Positions 1-15,420 of a stretch of 64,000 nucleotides of DNA are shown one piece after another. Location: positions 9,841,432-9,905,431 of the forward strand of contig NC_092679.1 of the NCBI RefSeq assembly GCF_964355755.1, given 5' to 3'. This DNA comes from Antedon mediterranea (Eukaryota; Animalia; Echinodermata). A program made the position numbers and the translations under genes. Position 1 is the first letter of the stretch, and every line of letters begins with the position of its first letter. The notes beneath the pieces are model-generated. The model ran no database searches, had not been told where the DNA came from, and was given only the letters and a program-made list of their open reading frames with translations.

Positions 1-48
<48 letters not shown>

Positions 49-521
49 TCGCTGATCTATCTATCTCTCTCTCGCTGATCTATCTGTCTCTCGCTGATCT
101 ATCTATCTCTCTCTCGCTGATCTATCTATCTGTCTTTTGCTGATCTATCTATCTCTCTCTCGCTGATCTATCTATCTCTCTCTCGCTGATCTATCTCTCT
201 CTCGCCGATCTATCTCTCTCTCGCTGATCTATCTCTCTCTCTCGCTGATCTATCTATCTCTCGCTGATCTATCTCTCTCTCGCTGATCTATCTCTCTCTC
301 GCTGATTTATCTCTCTCGCGCTGATCTATCTATCTCTCGCTGATCTATCTCTCTCTCTCTCTCTCGCTGATCTATCTATCTCTCTCTCGCTGATCTATCT
401 CTCTCTCGCTGATCTATCTCTCTCTCTCTCGCTGATCTATCTGTCTCTCGCTGATCTATCTCTCTCTCGCTGATCTATCTCTCTCTCGCTGGATCTATCT
501 CTCTCCTCGCTGATCTATCTT

Positions 522-552
<31 letters not shown>

Positions 553-1039
553 TCTATCTATCTCTCTCTCTCGCTGATCTATCTATCTCTCTCTCGCTGA
601 TCTATCTATCTCTCTCTCGCTGATCTATCTATCTCTCTCTCGCTGATCTATCTATCTCTCTCTCGCTGATCTATCTATCTCTCTCTCTCGCTGATCTATC
701 TATCTCTCGTTGATCTATCTCTCTCTCGCTGATCTATCTCTCTCTCGCTGATCTATCTCTCCTCGCTTATCTATCTCTCTCTCGCTGATCTATCTATCTC
801 TCGCTGATCTATCTCTCTCTCGCTGATCTATCTCTCTCTCTCTCGCTGATCTATCTCTCTCTCGCTGACCTATCTATCTCTCGCTGATTTATCTCTCTCT
901 CTCTCTGCTGATCTATCTATCTCTCTCTCGCTGATCTATCTCTCTCTCGCTGATCTATCTGTCTCTCGCTGATCTATCTCTCTCGCTGATCTATCTCTCT
1001 CTCGCTGATCTATCTCTCTCTCTCTCGCAGATCTATCTT

Positions 1040-1117
<78 letters not shown>

Positions 1118-1979
1118 TCGCTGTTCTATCTATCTCTCTCTCACTGATCTATCTCTCTCTCGCTGATCTATCTATCTCTCTCTCGCTGATCTATCTATCT
1201 CTCTCTCTCGCTGATCTATCTATCTCTCTCTCGCTGATCTGTCTGTCTCTCTCTCTCGTTGATCTATCTCTCTCTCGCTGATCTATCTCTCTCTCGCTGA
1301 TCTATCTCTCTCTCGCTGATCTATCTCTCTCTCGCTGATCTATCTATCTCTCGCTGATCTATCTCTCTCTCGCTGATCTATCTCTCTCTCGCTGATCTAT
1401 CTCTCTCTCGCTGATCTATCTATCTCTCGCTGATCTATCTCTCTCTCTCTCGCTGATCTATCTATCTCTCTCTCTTGCTGATCTATCTCTCTCTCTCGCT
1501 GATCTATCTCTCTCTCTCGCTGATCTATCTCTCTCTCGCTGATCTATCTCTCTCTCGCTGATCTATCTCTATCTCGCTGATCTATCTCTTTCTCGCTGAT
1601 CTATCTCTCGCTCGCTGATCTATCTCTCTCTCTCTCGCTGATCTATCTATCTGTCTCTCGCTGATCTATCTATCTGTCTCTCGCTGATCTATCTATCTGT
1701 CTCTCGCTGATCTATCTATCTCTCTCGCTGATCTATCTATCTGTCTTTTGCTGATCTATCTATCTCTCTCTCGCTGATCTATCTATCTCTCTCTCGCTGA
1801 TCTATCTCTCTCTCGCCGATCTATCTCTTTCTCGCTGATCTATCTATCTCTCGCTGATCTATCTATCTCTCGCTGATCTATCTCTCTCTCGCTGATCTAT
1901 CTGTATCTCGCTGATCTATCTCTCTCGCTGATCTATCTCTCTCTCGCTGATCTATCTCTCTCTCTCGCTGATCTATCTT

Positions 1980-2037
<58 letters not shown>

Positions 2038-3028
2038 TCGCTGAACTATCTATCTCTCTCTCGCTGATCTATCTGTCTCTCGCTGATCTATCTATCTCTC
2101 TCTCGCTGATCTATCTATCTGTCTTTTGCTGATCTATCTATCTCTCTCTCGCTGATCTGTCTATCTCTCTCTCGCTGATCTATCTCTCTCTCGCCGATCT
2201 ATCTCTCTCTCGCTGATCTATCTCTCTCTCTCGCTGATCTATCTATCTCTCGCTGATCTATCTCTCTCTCGCTGATCTATCTCTCTCTCTCGCTGATTTA
2301 TCTCTCTCGCGCTGATCTATCTATCTCTCGCTGATCTATCTCTCTCTCTCTCTCGCTGATCTATCTATCTCTCTCTCGCTGATCTATCTCTCTCTCGCTG
2401 ATCTATCTCTCTCTCTCTCTCGCTGATCTATCTGTCTCTCGCTGATCTATCTCTCTCTCGCTGATCTATCTCTCTCTCGCTGATCTATCTCTCTCTCTCG
2501 CTGATCTATCTTTCTCTCTCTCTCTCTCTCTCTCGCTGATCTATCTATCTCTCTCTCTCGCTGATCTATCTATCTCTCTCTCGCTGATCTATCTATCTCT
2601 CTCTCGCTGATCTATCTATCTCTCTCTCGCTGATCTATCTATCTCTCTCTCGCTGATCTATCTCTCTCTCTCTCGCTGATCTATCTATCTCTCGTTGATC
2701 TATCTCTCTCTCGCTGATCTATCTCTCTCTCGCTGATCTATCTCTCTCTCGCTTATCTATCTCTCTCTCGCTGATCTATCTATCTCTCGCTGATCTATCT
2801 CTCTCTCGCTGATCTATCTCTCTCTCTCTCGCTGATCTATCTCTCTCTCGCTGACCTATCTATCTCTCGCTGATTTATCTCTCTCTCTCTCTCTCGCTGA
2901 TCTATCTATCTCTCTCTCGCTAATCTATCTCTCTCTCGCTGATCTATCTGTCTCTCGCTGATCTATCTCTCTCGCTGATCTATCTCTCTCTCGCTGATCT
3001 ATCTCTCTCTCTCTCGCAGATCTATCTT

Positions 3029-3096
<68 letters not shown>

Positions 3097-3790
3097 TCGC
3101 TGTTCTATCTATCTCTCTCTCACTGATCTATCTCTCTCTCGCTGATCTATCTATCTCTCTCTCGCTGATCTATCTATCTCTCTCTCTCGCTGATCTATCT
3201 ATCTCTCTCTCGCTGATCTGTCTGTCTCTCTCTCTCGTTGATCTATCTCTCTCTCTCGCTGATCTATCTTTCTCTCTCTCTCTCTCTCTCTCTCGCTGAT
3301 CTATCTATCTCTCTCTCTCGCTGATCTATCTATCTCTCTCTCGCTGATCTATCTATCTCTCTCTCGCTGATCTATCTATCTCTCTCTCGCTGATCTATCT
3401 ATCTCTCTCTCGCTGATCTATCTATCTCTCTCTCTCTCGCTGATCTATCTATCTCTCGTTGATCTATCTCTCTCTCGCTGATCTATCTCTCTCTCGCTGA
3501 TCTATCTCTCTCTCGCTTATCTATCTCTCTCTCGCTGATCTATCTATCTCTCGCTGATCTATCTCTCTCTCGCTGATCTATCTCTCTCTCTCTCGCTGAT
3601 CTATCTCTCTCTCGCTGACCTATCTATCTCTCGCTGATTTATCTCTCTCTCTCTCTCGCTGATCTATCTATCTCTCTCTCGCTGATCTATCTCTCTCTCG
3701 CTGATCTATCTGTCTCTCGCTGATCTATCTCTCTCGCTGATCTATCTCTCTCTCGCTGATCTATCTCTCTCTCTCTCGCAGATCTATCTT

Positions 3791-3857
<67 letters not shown>

Positions 3858-5420
3858 ATCTCTCTCTCTCTCTCGCTGTTCTATCTATCTCTCTCTCACT
3901 GATCTATCTCTCTCTCGCTGATCTATCTATCTCTCTCTCGCTGATCTATCTATCTCTCTCTCTCGCTGATCTATCTATCTCTCTCTCGCTGATCTGTCTG
4001 TCTCTCTCTCTCGTTGATCTATCTCTCTCTCGCTGATCTATCTCTCTCTCGCTGATCTATCTCTCTCTCGCTGATCTATCTCTCTCTCGCTGATCTATCT
4101 ATCTCTCGCTGATCTATCTCTCTCTCGCTGATCTATCTCTCTCTCGCTGATCTATCTCTCTCTCGCTGATCTATCTATCTCTCGCTGATCTATCTCTCTC
4201 TCTCTCGCTGATCTATCTATCTCTCTCTCTTGCTGATCTATCTCTCTCTCTCGCTGATCTATCTCTCTCTCTCGCTGATCTATCTCTCTCTCGCTGATCT
4301 ATCTCTCTCTCGCTGATCTATCTCTATCTCGCTGATCTATCTCTTTCTCGCTGATCTATCTCTCGCTCGCTGATCTATCTCTCTCTCTCTCGCTGATCTA
4401 TCTATCTGTCTCTCGCTGATCTATCTATCTGTCTCTCGCTGATCTATCTATCTGTCTCTCGCTGATATATCTATCTCTCTCGCTGATCTATCTATCTGTC
4501 TTTTGCTGATCTATCTATCTCTCTCTCGCTGATCTATCTATCTCTCTCTCGCTGATCTATCTCTCTCTCGCCGATCTATCTCTTTCTCGCTGATCTATCT
4601 ATCTCTCGCTGATCTATCTATTTCTCGCTGATCTATCTCTCTCTCGCTGATCTATCTCTCTCTCGCTGATTTATCTCTCTCGCGCTGATCTATCTATCTC
4701 TCGCTGATCTATCTCTCTCTCTCTCTCGCTGATCTATCTATCTCTCTCTCGCTGATCTATCTCTCTCTCGCTGATCTATCTCTCTCTCTCTCGCTGATCT
4801 ATCTGTCTCTCGCTGATCTATCTCTCTCTCGCTGATCTATCTCTCTCTCGCTGATCTATCTCTCTCTCTCGCTGATCTATCTTTCCCTCTCTATCTCTCT
4901 CTCTCTCTCGCTGATCTATCTCTCTCTCTCGCTGATCTATCTCTCTCTCGCTGATCTATCTCTCTCTCTCGCTGATCTATCTTTCTCTCTCTATCTCTCT
5001 CTCTCTCTCTCTCGCTGATCTATCTCTCTCTCTCGCTGATCTATCTCTCTCGCTAATATATCTCTCTCGCATATCTATCTACTTTCTCTCTCTATCTCTC
5101 TCTTTCTCGCTGATCTATCTCTCTCTCGCTTATCTATCTCTCTCTCGCTGATCTATCTATCTCTCGCTGATCTATCTCTCTCTCGCTGATCTATCTCTCT
5201 CTCTCTCGCTGATCTATCTCTCTCTCGCTGACCTATCTATCTCTCGCTGATTTATCTCTCTCTCTCTCTCGCTGATCTATCTATCTCTCTCTCGCTGATC
5301 TATCTCTCTCTCGCTGATCTATCTCTCTCTCGCTGATCTATCTGTCTCTCGCTGATCTATCTCTCTCGCTGATCTATCTCTCTCTCGCTAATCTATCTCT
5401 CTCTCTCGCTGATCTATCTT

Positions 5421-5468
<48 letters not shown>

Positions 5469-7529
5469 TCGCTGATCTATCTATCTCTCTCTCGCTGATC
5501 TATCTCTCTCTCGCTGATCTATCTATCTCTCTCTCGCTGATCTATCTATCTCTCTCTCTCTCGCTGATCTATCTATCTCTCTCTCGCTGATCTGTCTGTC
5601 TCTCTCTCTCGTTGATCTATCTCTCTCTCGCTGATCTATCTCTCTCTCGCTGATCTATCTCTCTCTCGCTGATCTATCTATCTCTCGCTGATCTATCTCT
5701 CTCTCGCTGATCTATCTCTCTCTCGCTGATCTATCTCTCTCTCGCTGATCTATCTCTCTCTCGCTGATCTATCTATCTCTCGCTGATCTATCTCTCTCTC
5801 TCTCGCTGATCTATCTATCTCTCTCTCTTGCTGATCTATCTCTCTCTCTCGCTGATCTATCTCTCTCTCTCGCTGATCTATCTCTCTCTCGCTGATCTAT
5901 CTCTCTCTCGCTGATCTATCTCTATCTCGCTGATCTATCTCTTTCTCGCTGATCTATCTCTCGCTCGCTGATCTATCTCTCTCTCTCTCGCTGATCTATC
6001 TATCTGTCTCTCGCTGATCTATCTATCTGTCTCTCGCTGATCTATCTATCTGTCTCTCGCTGATCTATCTATCTCTCTCGCTGATCTATCTATCTGTCTT
6101 TTGCTGATCTATTTATCTCTCTCTCACTGATCTATCTATCTCTCTCTCGCTGACCTATCTCTCTCTCGCCGATCTATCTCTTTCTCGCTGATCTATCTAT
6201 CTCTCGCTGATCTATCTATCTCTCGCTGATCTATCTCTCTCTCGCTGATCTATCTCTCTCTCGCTGATTTATCTCTCTCGCGCTGATCTATCTATCTCTC
6301 GCTGATCTATCTCTCTCTCTCTCTCGCTGATCTATCTATCTCTCTCTCGCTGATCTATCTCTCTCTCGCTGATCTATCTCTCTCTCTCTCGCTGATCTAT
6401 CTGTCTCTCGCTGATCTATCTCTCTCTCGCTGATCTATCTCTCTCTCTCGCTGATCTATCTTTCCCTCTCTATCTCTCTCTCTCTCTCGCTGATCTATCT
6501 CTCTCTCTCGCTGATCTATCTCTCTCTCGCTGATCTATCTCTCTCTCTCGCTGATCTATCTTTCTCTCTCTATCTCTCTCTCTCTCTCTCTCGCTGATCT
6601 ATCTCTCTCTCTCGCTGATCTATCTCTCTCGCTGATATATCTCTCTCGCATATCTATCTACTTTCTCTCTCTATCTCTCTCTTTCTCGCTGATCTATTTC
6701 TCTCTCGCTGATCTATATCTTTCTCGCTGATCTATCTCACTCTCGCTGATCTATCTATCTCTCTCGCTGATCTATCTCTTCTCTCTCTCTCTCGCTGATC
6801 TATCTCTCTCTCGCTGATCTATCTCTCTCTCGCTGATCTATCTCTCTATCGCTGATCTATCTCTCGCTGATCTATCTCTCTCTCTCTCGCTGATCTATCT
6901 ATCTCTCTCTCTCTCGCTGATCTATCTCTCTCTCTCTCGCTGATCTATCTCTCTCTCGCTGATATATCTCTCTCTCGCTGATCTATCTCTCTCTCGCTGG
7001 TCTATCTCTCTCTCGCTGATCTATCTCTCGCTCGCTGATCTATCTCTCTCTCTCTCTCGCTGATCTATATATCTCTCTCTCGCTGATCTATCTATCTGTC
7101 TCTCGCTGATCTATCTATCTGTCTCTCGCTGATCTATCTATCTGTCTCTCGCTGATCTATCTATCTGTCTCTCGCTGATCTATCTATCTGTCTCTCGCTG
7201 ATCTATCTATCTCTCGCTCGCTGATCTATCTCTCTCTCGCTGATCTATCCCTCTCTTGCTGATCTATCTATCTCTAGCTGATCTATCTCTCTCTCGCTGA
7301 TCTATCTCTCTCTCTCTCTCGCTGATCTATCTCTCTCGCGCTGATCTATCTCTCTCTCGCTGATCTATCTATCTCTCGCTGATTTATCTCTCTCTCTCGC
7401 TGATCTATCTATCTCTCTCTCGCTGATCTATCTCTCTCTCGCTGATCTATCTGTCTCTCGCTGATCTATCTCTCTCGCTGATCTATCTCTCTCTTGCTGA
7501 TCTATCTCTCTCTCTCGCTGATCTATCTT

Positions 7530-7560
<31 letters not shown>

Positions 7561-8779
7561 TGCTGATCTATCTATCTCTCGCTGATCTATCTCTCTCTCT
7601 CGCTGATCTATCTCTCTCTCGCTGATCTATCTATCTCTCGCTGATCTATCTCTCTCTCGCTGATCTATCTATCTCTCTCTCTCGCTGATCTATCTCTCTC
7701 TCGCTGATCTATCTCTCTCTCGCTGATCTATCTCTCTCTCTCTCGCTGATCTATCTATCTGTCTCTCGCTGATCTATCTATCTGTCTCTCGCTGATCTAT
7801 CTATCTGTCTCTCGCTGATCTATCTATCTCTCTCTCGCTGATCTATCTATCTCTCTCGCGCTGATCTATCTATCTCTCTCTCGCTGATCTATTTATCTCT
7901 CTCTCGCTGATCTATCTCTCTCTCGCCGATCTATCTCTCTCTCGCTGATCTATCTCTCTCTCTCGCTGATCTATCTATCTCTCTCTGATCTATCTCTCTC
8001 TCGCTGATCTATCTCTCTCTCGCTGATTTATCTCTCTCGCGCTGATCTATCTATCTCTCGCTGATCTATCTCTCTCTCTCTCGCTGATCTATCTATCTCT
8101 CTCTCGCTGATCTATCTATCTCTCTCTCGCTGATCTATCTCTCTCTCGCTGATCTATCTCTCTCTCTCTCTCGCTGATCTATCTGTCTCTCGCTGATCTA
8201 TCTCTCTCTCGCTGATCTATCTCTCTCTAGCTGATCTATCTCTCTCTCTCGCTGATCTATCTTTTTCTCTCTCTCTCTCTCTCTCTCTCGCTGATCTATC
8301 TATTTCTCTCTCGCTGATATATCTATCTCTCTCTCGCTGATCTATCTATCTCTCTCTCGCTGATCTATCTATCTCCCTCTCGCTGATCTATCTATCTCTC
8401 TCTCGCTGATCTATCTATCTCTCTCTCTCTCGCTGATCTATCTATCTCTCGTTGATCTATCTCTCTCTCGCTGATCTATCTCTCTCTCGCTGATCTATCT
8501 CTCTCTCGCTGATCTATCTATCTCTCGCTGATCTATCTCTCTCTCGCTGATCTATCTCTCTCTCTCGCTGATCTATATCTCTCTCGCTGATCTATCTATC
8601 TCTCGCTGATTTATCTCTCTCTCTCTCTCGCTGATCTATCTATCTCTCTCTCGCTGATCTATCTCTCTCTCGCTGATCTATCTCTCTCTCTCTCGCTGAT
8701 CTATCTGTCTCTCGCTGATCTATCTCTCTCGCTGATCTATCTCTCTCTCGCTGATCTATCTCTCTCTCTCGCTGATCTA

Positions 8780-8830
<51 letters not shown>

Positions 8831-10277
8831 TCTATCTATCTCTCTCTCGCTGATCTATCTCTCTCTCGCTGATCTATCTATCTCTCTCTCGCTGATCTAT
8901 CTATCTCTCTCTCGCTGATCTATCTATCTCTCTCTCGCTGATCTGTCTGTCTCTCTCTCTCGTTGATCTATCTCTCTCTCGCTGATCTATCTCTCTCTCA
9001 CTGATCTATCTCTCTCTCGCTGATCTATCTCTCTCTCGCTGATCTATCTATCTCTCGCTGATCTATCTCTCTCTCGCTGATCTTTCTCTCTCTCGCTGAT
9101 CTATCTCTCTCTCGCTGATCTATCTCTCTCTCGCTGATCTATCTATCTCTCGCTGATCTATCTATCTCTCTCTCGCTGATCTATCTATCTCTCTCTTGCT
9201 GATCTATCTCTCTCTCTCGCTGATCTATCTCTCTCTCTCGCTGATCTATCTCTCTCTCGCTGATCTATCTCTCTCTCGCTGATCTATCTCTATCTCGCTG
9301 ATCTATCTCTTTCTCGCTGATCTATCTCTCGCTCGCTGATCTATATCTCTCTCTCTCTCGCTGATCTATCTATCTGTCTCTCGCTGATCTATCTATCTGT
9401 CTCTCGCTGATCTATCTATCTGTCTCTCGCTGATCTATCTATCTCTCTCGCTGATCTATCTATCTGTCTTTTGCTGATCTATCTATCTCTCTCTCGCTGA
9501 TCTATCTATCTCTCTCTCGCTGATCTATCTCTCTCTCGCCGATCTATCTCTTTCTTGCTGATCTATCTCTCTCTCGCTGATCTATCTATCTCTCGCTGAT
9601 CTATCTATCTCTCGCTGATCTATCTCTCTCGCTGATTTATCTCTCTCGCGCTGATCTATCTATCTCTCGCTGATCTATCTCTCTCTCTCTCGCTGATCTA
9701 TCTATCTCTCTCTCGCTGATCTATCTCTCTCTCGCTGATCTATCTCTCTCTCTCGCTGATCTATCTGTCTCTCGCTGATCTATCTCTCTCTCGCTGATCT
9801 ATCTCTCTCTCGCTGATCTATCTCTCTCTCTCGCTGATCTATCTTTCTCTCTCTATCTCTCTCTCTCTCTCTCGCTGATCTATCTCTCTCTCTCTCTTGC
9901 TGATCTATCTCTCTCTCGCTGATCTATCTATCTCTCGCTGATCTATCTCTCTCTCTCTCGCTGATCTATCTATCTCTCTCTCTTGCTGATCTATCTCTCT
10001 CTCTCGCTGATCTATCTATCTCTCGCTGATCTATCTCTCTCTCGCTGATCTATCTCTCTCTCTCGCTGATCTATCTCTCTCTCGCTGATCTATCTATCTC
10101 TCGCTGATTTATCTCTCTCTCTCTCTCGCTGATCTATCTATCTCTCTCTCGCTGATCTATCTCTCTCTCGCTGATCTATCTCTCTCTCTCTCGCTGATCT
10201 ATCTGTCTCTCGCTGATCTATCTCTCTCGCTGATCTATCTCTCTCTCGCTGATCTATCTCTCTCTCTCGCTGATCTA

Positions 10278-10335
<58 letters not shown>

Positions 10336-13279
10336 GCTGATCTATCTATCTCTCTCTCGCTGATCTATCTCTCTCTCGCTGATCTATCTATCTCTCTCTC
10401 GCTGATCTATCTATCTCTCTCTCGCTGATCTATCTATCTCTCTCTCGCTGATCTGTCTGTCTCTCTCTCTCGTTGATCTATCTCTCTCTCGCTGATCTAT
10501 CTCTCTCTCACTGATCTATCTCTCTCTCGCTGATCTATCTCTCTCTCGCTGATCTATCTATCTCTCGCTGATCTATCTCTCTCTCGCTGATCTATCTCTC
10601 TCTCGCTGATCTATCTCTCTCTCGCTGATCTATCTCTCTCTCGCTGATCTATCTATCTCTCGCTGATCTATCTATCTCTCTCTCGCTGATCTATCTATCT
10701 CTCTCTTGCTGATCTATCTCTCTCTCTCGCTGATCTATCTCTCTCTCTCGCTGATCTATCTCTCTCTCGCTGATCTATCTCTCTCTCGCTGATCTATCTC
10801 TATCTCGCTGATCTATCTCTTTCTCGCTGATCTATCTCTCGCTCGCTGATCTATATCTCTCTCTCTCTCGCTGATCTATCTATCTGTCTCTCGCTGATCT
10901 ATCTATCTGTCTCTCGCTGATCTATCTATCTGTCTCTCGCTGATCTATCTATCTCTCTCGCTGATCTATCTATCTGTCTTTTGCTGATCTATCTATCTCT
11001 CTCTCGCTGATCTATCTATCTCTCTCTCGCTGATCTATCTCTCTCTCGCCGATCTATCTCTTTCTCGCTGATCTATCTCTCTCTCGCTGATCTATCTATC
11101 TCTCGCTGATCTATCTATCTCTCGCTGATCTATCTCTCTCTCGCTGATTTATCTCTCTCGCGCTGATCTATCTATCTCTCGCTGATCTATCTCTCTCTCT
11201 CTCTCGCTGATCTATCTATCTCTCTCTCGCTGATCTATCTCTCTCTCGCTGATCTATCTCTCTCTCTCGCTGATCTATCTGTCTCTCGCTGATCTATCTC
11301 TCTCTCGCTGATCTATCTCTCTCTCGCTGATCTATCTCTCTCTCTCGCTGATCTATCTTTCTCTCTCTATCTCTCTCTCTCTCTCTCTCGCTGATCTATC
11401 TCTCTCTCTCTCTTGCTGATCTATCTCTCTCTCGCTGATCTATCTATCTCTCGCTGATCTATCTCTCTCTCTCTCGCTGATCTATCTATCTCTCTCTCTT
11501 GCTGATCTATCTCTCTCTCTCGCTGATCTATCTCTCTTTCTCGCTGATCTATCTCTCTCTCGCTGATCTATCTCTCTCTCGCTGATCTATCTCTATCTCG
11601 CTGATCTATCTATCTCTCGCTGATCTATCTCTCGCTCGCTGATCTATCTCTCTCTCTCTCGCTGATCTATCTATCTGTCTCTCGCTGATCTATCTATCTG
11701 TCTCTCGCTGATCTATCTATCTGTCTCTCGCTGATCTATCTATCTCTCTCGCTGATCTATCTATCTGTCTTTTGCTGATCTATCTATCTCTCTCTCGCTG
11801 ATCTATCTATCTCTCTCTCGCTGATCTATCTTTCTCTCGCCGATCTATCTCTTTCTCGCTGATCTATCTCTCTCTCGCTGATCTATCTATCTCTCGCTGA
11901 TCTATCTCTCTCTCGCTGATCTATCTCTCTCTCGCTGATTTATCTCTCTCGCGCTGATCTATCTATCTCTCGCTGATCTATCTCTCTCTCTCTCGCTGAT
12001 CTATCTATCTCTCTCTCGCTGATCTATCTCTCTCTCGCTGATCTATCTCTCTCTCTCGCTGATCTATCTGTCTCTCGCTGATCTATCTCTCTCTCGCTGA
12101 TCTATCTCTCTCTCGCTGATCTATCTCTCTCTCTCTCGCTGATCTATCTTTCTCTCTCTATCTCTCTCTCTCTCTCTCGCTGATCTATCTATCTCTCTTT
12201 CGCTGATCTATCTATCTCTCTCTCGCTGATCTATCTATCTCTCTCTCTCGCTGATCTATCTATCTGTCTCTCGCTGATCTATCTATCTCTCTCTCGCTGA
12301 TCTATCTATCTCTCGTTGATCTATCTCTCTCTCGCTGATCTATCTCTCTCTCGCTGATCTATCTCTCTCTCGCTGATCTATCTCTCTCTCGCTGATCTAT
12401 CTATCTCTCGCTGATCTATCTCTCTCTCGCTGATCTATCTCTCTCTCTCGCTGATCTATCTCTCTCTCTCGCTGATCTATCTCTCTCTCGCTGATCTATC
12501 TATCTCTCGCTGATCTATCTCTCTCTCTCTCGCTGATCTATTTCTCTCTCTCGCTGATCTATCTCTCTCTCTCGCTGATCTATCTCTCTCTCTCTCGCTG
12601 ATCTATCTCTCTCTCGCTGATCTATCTCTCCCTCTCGCTGATCTATTTCTCTCTCTCTCGCTGATCTATCTCTCTCGCTGATCTATCTCTCTCTCTCGCT
12701 GATCTATCTCTCTCTCGCTGATCTATCTCTCTCGCTGATCTATCTCTCTCTCGCTGATCTATCTCTCTCTCTCTCGCTGATCTATCTCTCTCTCGCTGAT
12801 CTATCTCTCTCTCGCTGATCTCTCTCTCTCTCTCTCTCTCTCGCTGATCTATCTGTCTCGCTCGCTGATATATCTCTCTCTCGCTGATCTATCTCTCTCT
12901 CTCGCTGATCTATCTCTCTCTCTCGCTGATCTATCTCTCTCTCTCGCTGATCTATCTCTCTCTCTCTCGCTGATCTATCTCTCTCTCTTGCTGATCTATC
13001 TTTCTCTCGCTGATCTATCTCTCTCTCGCTGATCTATCTCTCTCTCGGTGATCTATCTCTCTCTCGGTGATCTATCTCTCTCTCTCTCGCTGATCTATCT
13101 GTCTCTCTCGCTACTCTATCTCTCTCTCGCTGATCTATCTCTCTCGCTGATCTATCTCTCTCGCTGATCTATCTGTCTCTCGCTGATATATCTGTCTCTC
13201 GCTGATCTATCTCTCTCTCTCTCTCGCTGATCTATCTATCTCTCTCTCGCTGATCTATCTCTCACTCGCTGATCTATCT
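1..13279. repeat. Pyrimidine-rich minisatellite, ~16-26-bp unit CGCTGATCTAT(CTAT)(CT)n, with kb-scale higher-order repetition
   Basis: Hundreds of CGCTGATCTAT cores separated by (CT)n. Rare variants such as TCTGTCTTTTGCTG recur in the same order (~131, 1741, 2120, 4497, 6094, 9464, 10976, 11765). Confidence 0.98.
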
Positions 13280-15420
13280 TTAATTTTTGAATTTTAAAAA
13301 GTGGACATTTTAGTAATTTTTCGAAAAAATTGCTATGGTCCCCCCCCCCCCCGGGGAAATTTTCGCAAAAATGGCCAAATTTTAACCCTTTTATTTTTAT
13401 ACATAACTAGTTACTATGGCTCTATAAGATGATGTTAGCACATATTTGTAAAAATGGCAATATTATAGCATAATTATTGAATTTTAAAAAGTGGGAATTT
13501 TGGCCATTTTTGACCCTTTTATTTTTTTGACATAACTAGCTGCTATGTCTCTATAAGATGATGTTAACACAATATATTTGTATAAATTACAATATTATAG
13601 CATAATTTTTGAATTTTAGAAATTGGAAATTTTGTCCATTTTTCGAAAAAATTCCTATAGTTCCCCGCATGAAAATTTTCAAAAAATGGCCAAATCAACC
13701 CTTTTATTTTTTGACATAATTCTTTACTATGGCTCTATAAGATGATGTTAGCAAAATATATCTGTATAAATGGAAATATCATAACATAATTATTTAATTT
13801 TTAAAAGTGGAAAATGTTGCCATTTTTCGACCCTTTTTTTTTTTTGACATAACTAGTAGCGATGGCTCTATAAGATGATGTTAACACAATATATGTGCAT
13901 AAATGGCAATATTATAACATAATTATTGAATTTGAAAAAGTGGACAATTTTGCCATTTTTCGAAAAAAAATCATATAGTCCCCTGCAGGAAAATTTTCGA
14001 AAAATTGCCAAATTTCGACCCTTTTATTTTTTGACATAATTCGTTACTATGGCTTTATAAGACGATGTTAACACAATATATGTGCATTAATGGCAATATT
14101 ATAGCCTAATTATTGAATTTTAAACGGTGGACATTTTGGTTAATGTTAGCAAAATATATCTGTATAAATTTCAACATTATAGCATAATTTTTGAATTTTG
14201 AAAAGTGGAAATTTTTGCCATTTTTCGAAAAAATTCCTATGGTCCCCGCTGGAAAATTTTTCGAAAAATGGCCCAATTTTCACCCTTTTATTTTTTGACA
14301 TAACTAGTTACTATGGCTCTATAAGATAATGTTAGCACAAAATATTTGCAAAAATGGCAATATTATAGCATAGTTCTTGAATTTTAAAAAGTGGGAATTT
14401 TTGCCATTTTTTGACCCTTTTATTTTTTTGACATAACTAGCTGCTATGTCTCTATAAGATGATGTTAGCACAATATATTTCCATAAATGGCAATATTATA
14501 GCATAATTTTCGAATTTTAGAAATTGGAAATTTTTGCCATTTTTCAAAAAAATTCTTATGGTCCCCCCGCAGAAAATTTTCGAAATATGGTCAAATTTCA
14601 AGCCTTTTATTTTTTGATACAATTCCTTACTATGGCTCTATAAGACGATGTTAGCAAAATATATCTGTATAAATGGCAATATTATAGCATAATTATTTAA
14701 TTTTTAAAAGTGGAAAATGTCGACATTTTTCGACCTTTTTATTTTTTTGACATATCTAGTTACGATGGCTCTATAAGATGATGTCAACACAATATATGTG
14801 CATAAATGGCAATATTATAACATAATTATTGAATTTGAAAAAGTGGAAAATTTTGCCATTTTTCGAAAAAAATTCGTATAATCCCACGTAGGGAAATTTT
14901 CGAAAAATGGCCAAATTTCGACCCTTTTATTTTTTGACATAACTCGTTACTATGGCTTTATAAGACTTTATAGAATTTTAAACGGTGGACATTTTGGTTA
15001 ATGTTAGCAAAATATATCTGTATAAATGGCAACGTTATAGCATAATGCATAATTATTGAATTTAAAAAATTGGGAATTTTTGCAATTTTTCGAAAAAATT
15101 CCTATGGTCCCCCGCAGTGAAATTTTCGGAAAATGGCCAAATTTCGACCCTTTTATTTGTTAACATAACTAGTTACTATGGCTCTATAAGATGGTGTTAA
15201 CACAATATATGTGCATAAATGCATATATTATAGCCTAATTATTGAATTTTAAAAGGTGGACATTTTGGTTGTTTTTCGAGAAAATTCCCGTTGTCCCCCG
15301 CAGGGAAATTTTCGGAAAATGACCAAATTTCGATCCTTTTATTTTTTGACATAACTAGTTACTATGGCTCTGTAAGATGATGTTAGCACAGTAAATTTGC
15401 ATTATTGGCAATATTATAGT
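13280..15420 (+). repeat. AT-rich satellite A (alternating ~130 and ~185-bp subunits)
   Basis: Core ACATAACTAGTTACTATGGCTCTATAAGATGATGTTAGCACAATAT recurs at 13401, 13530, 13714, 13847 and onward. Confidence 0.93.
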
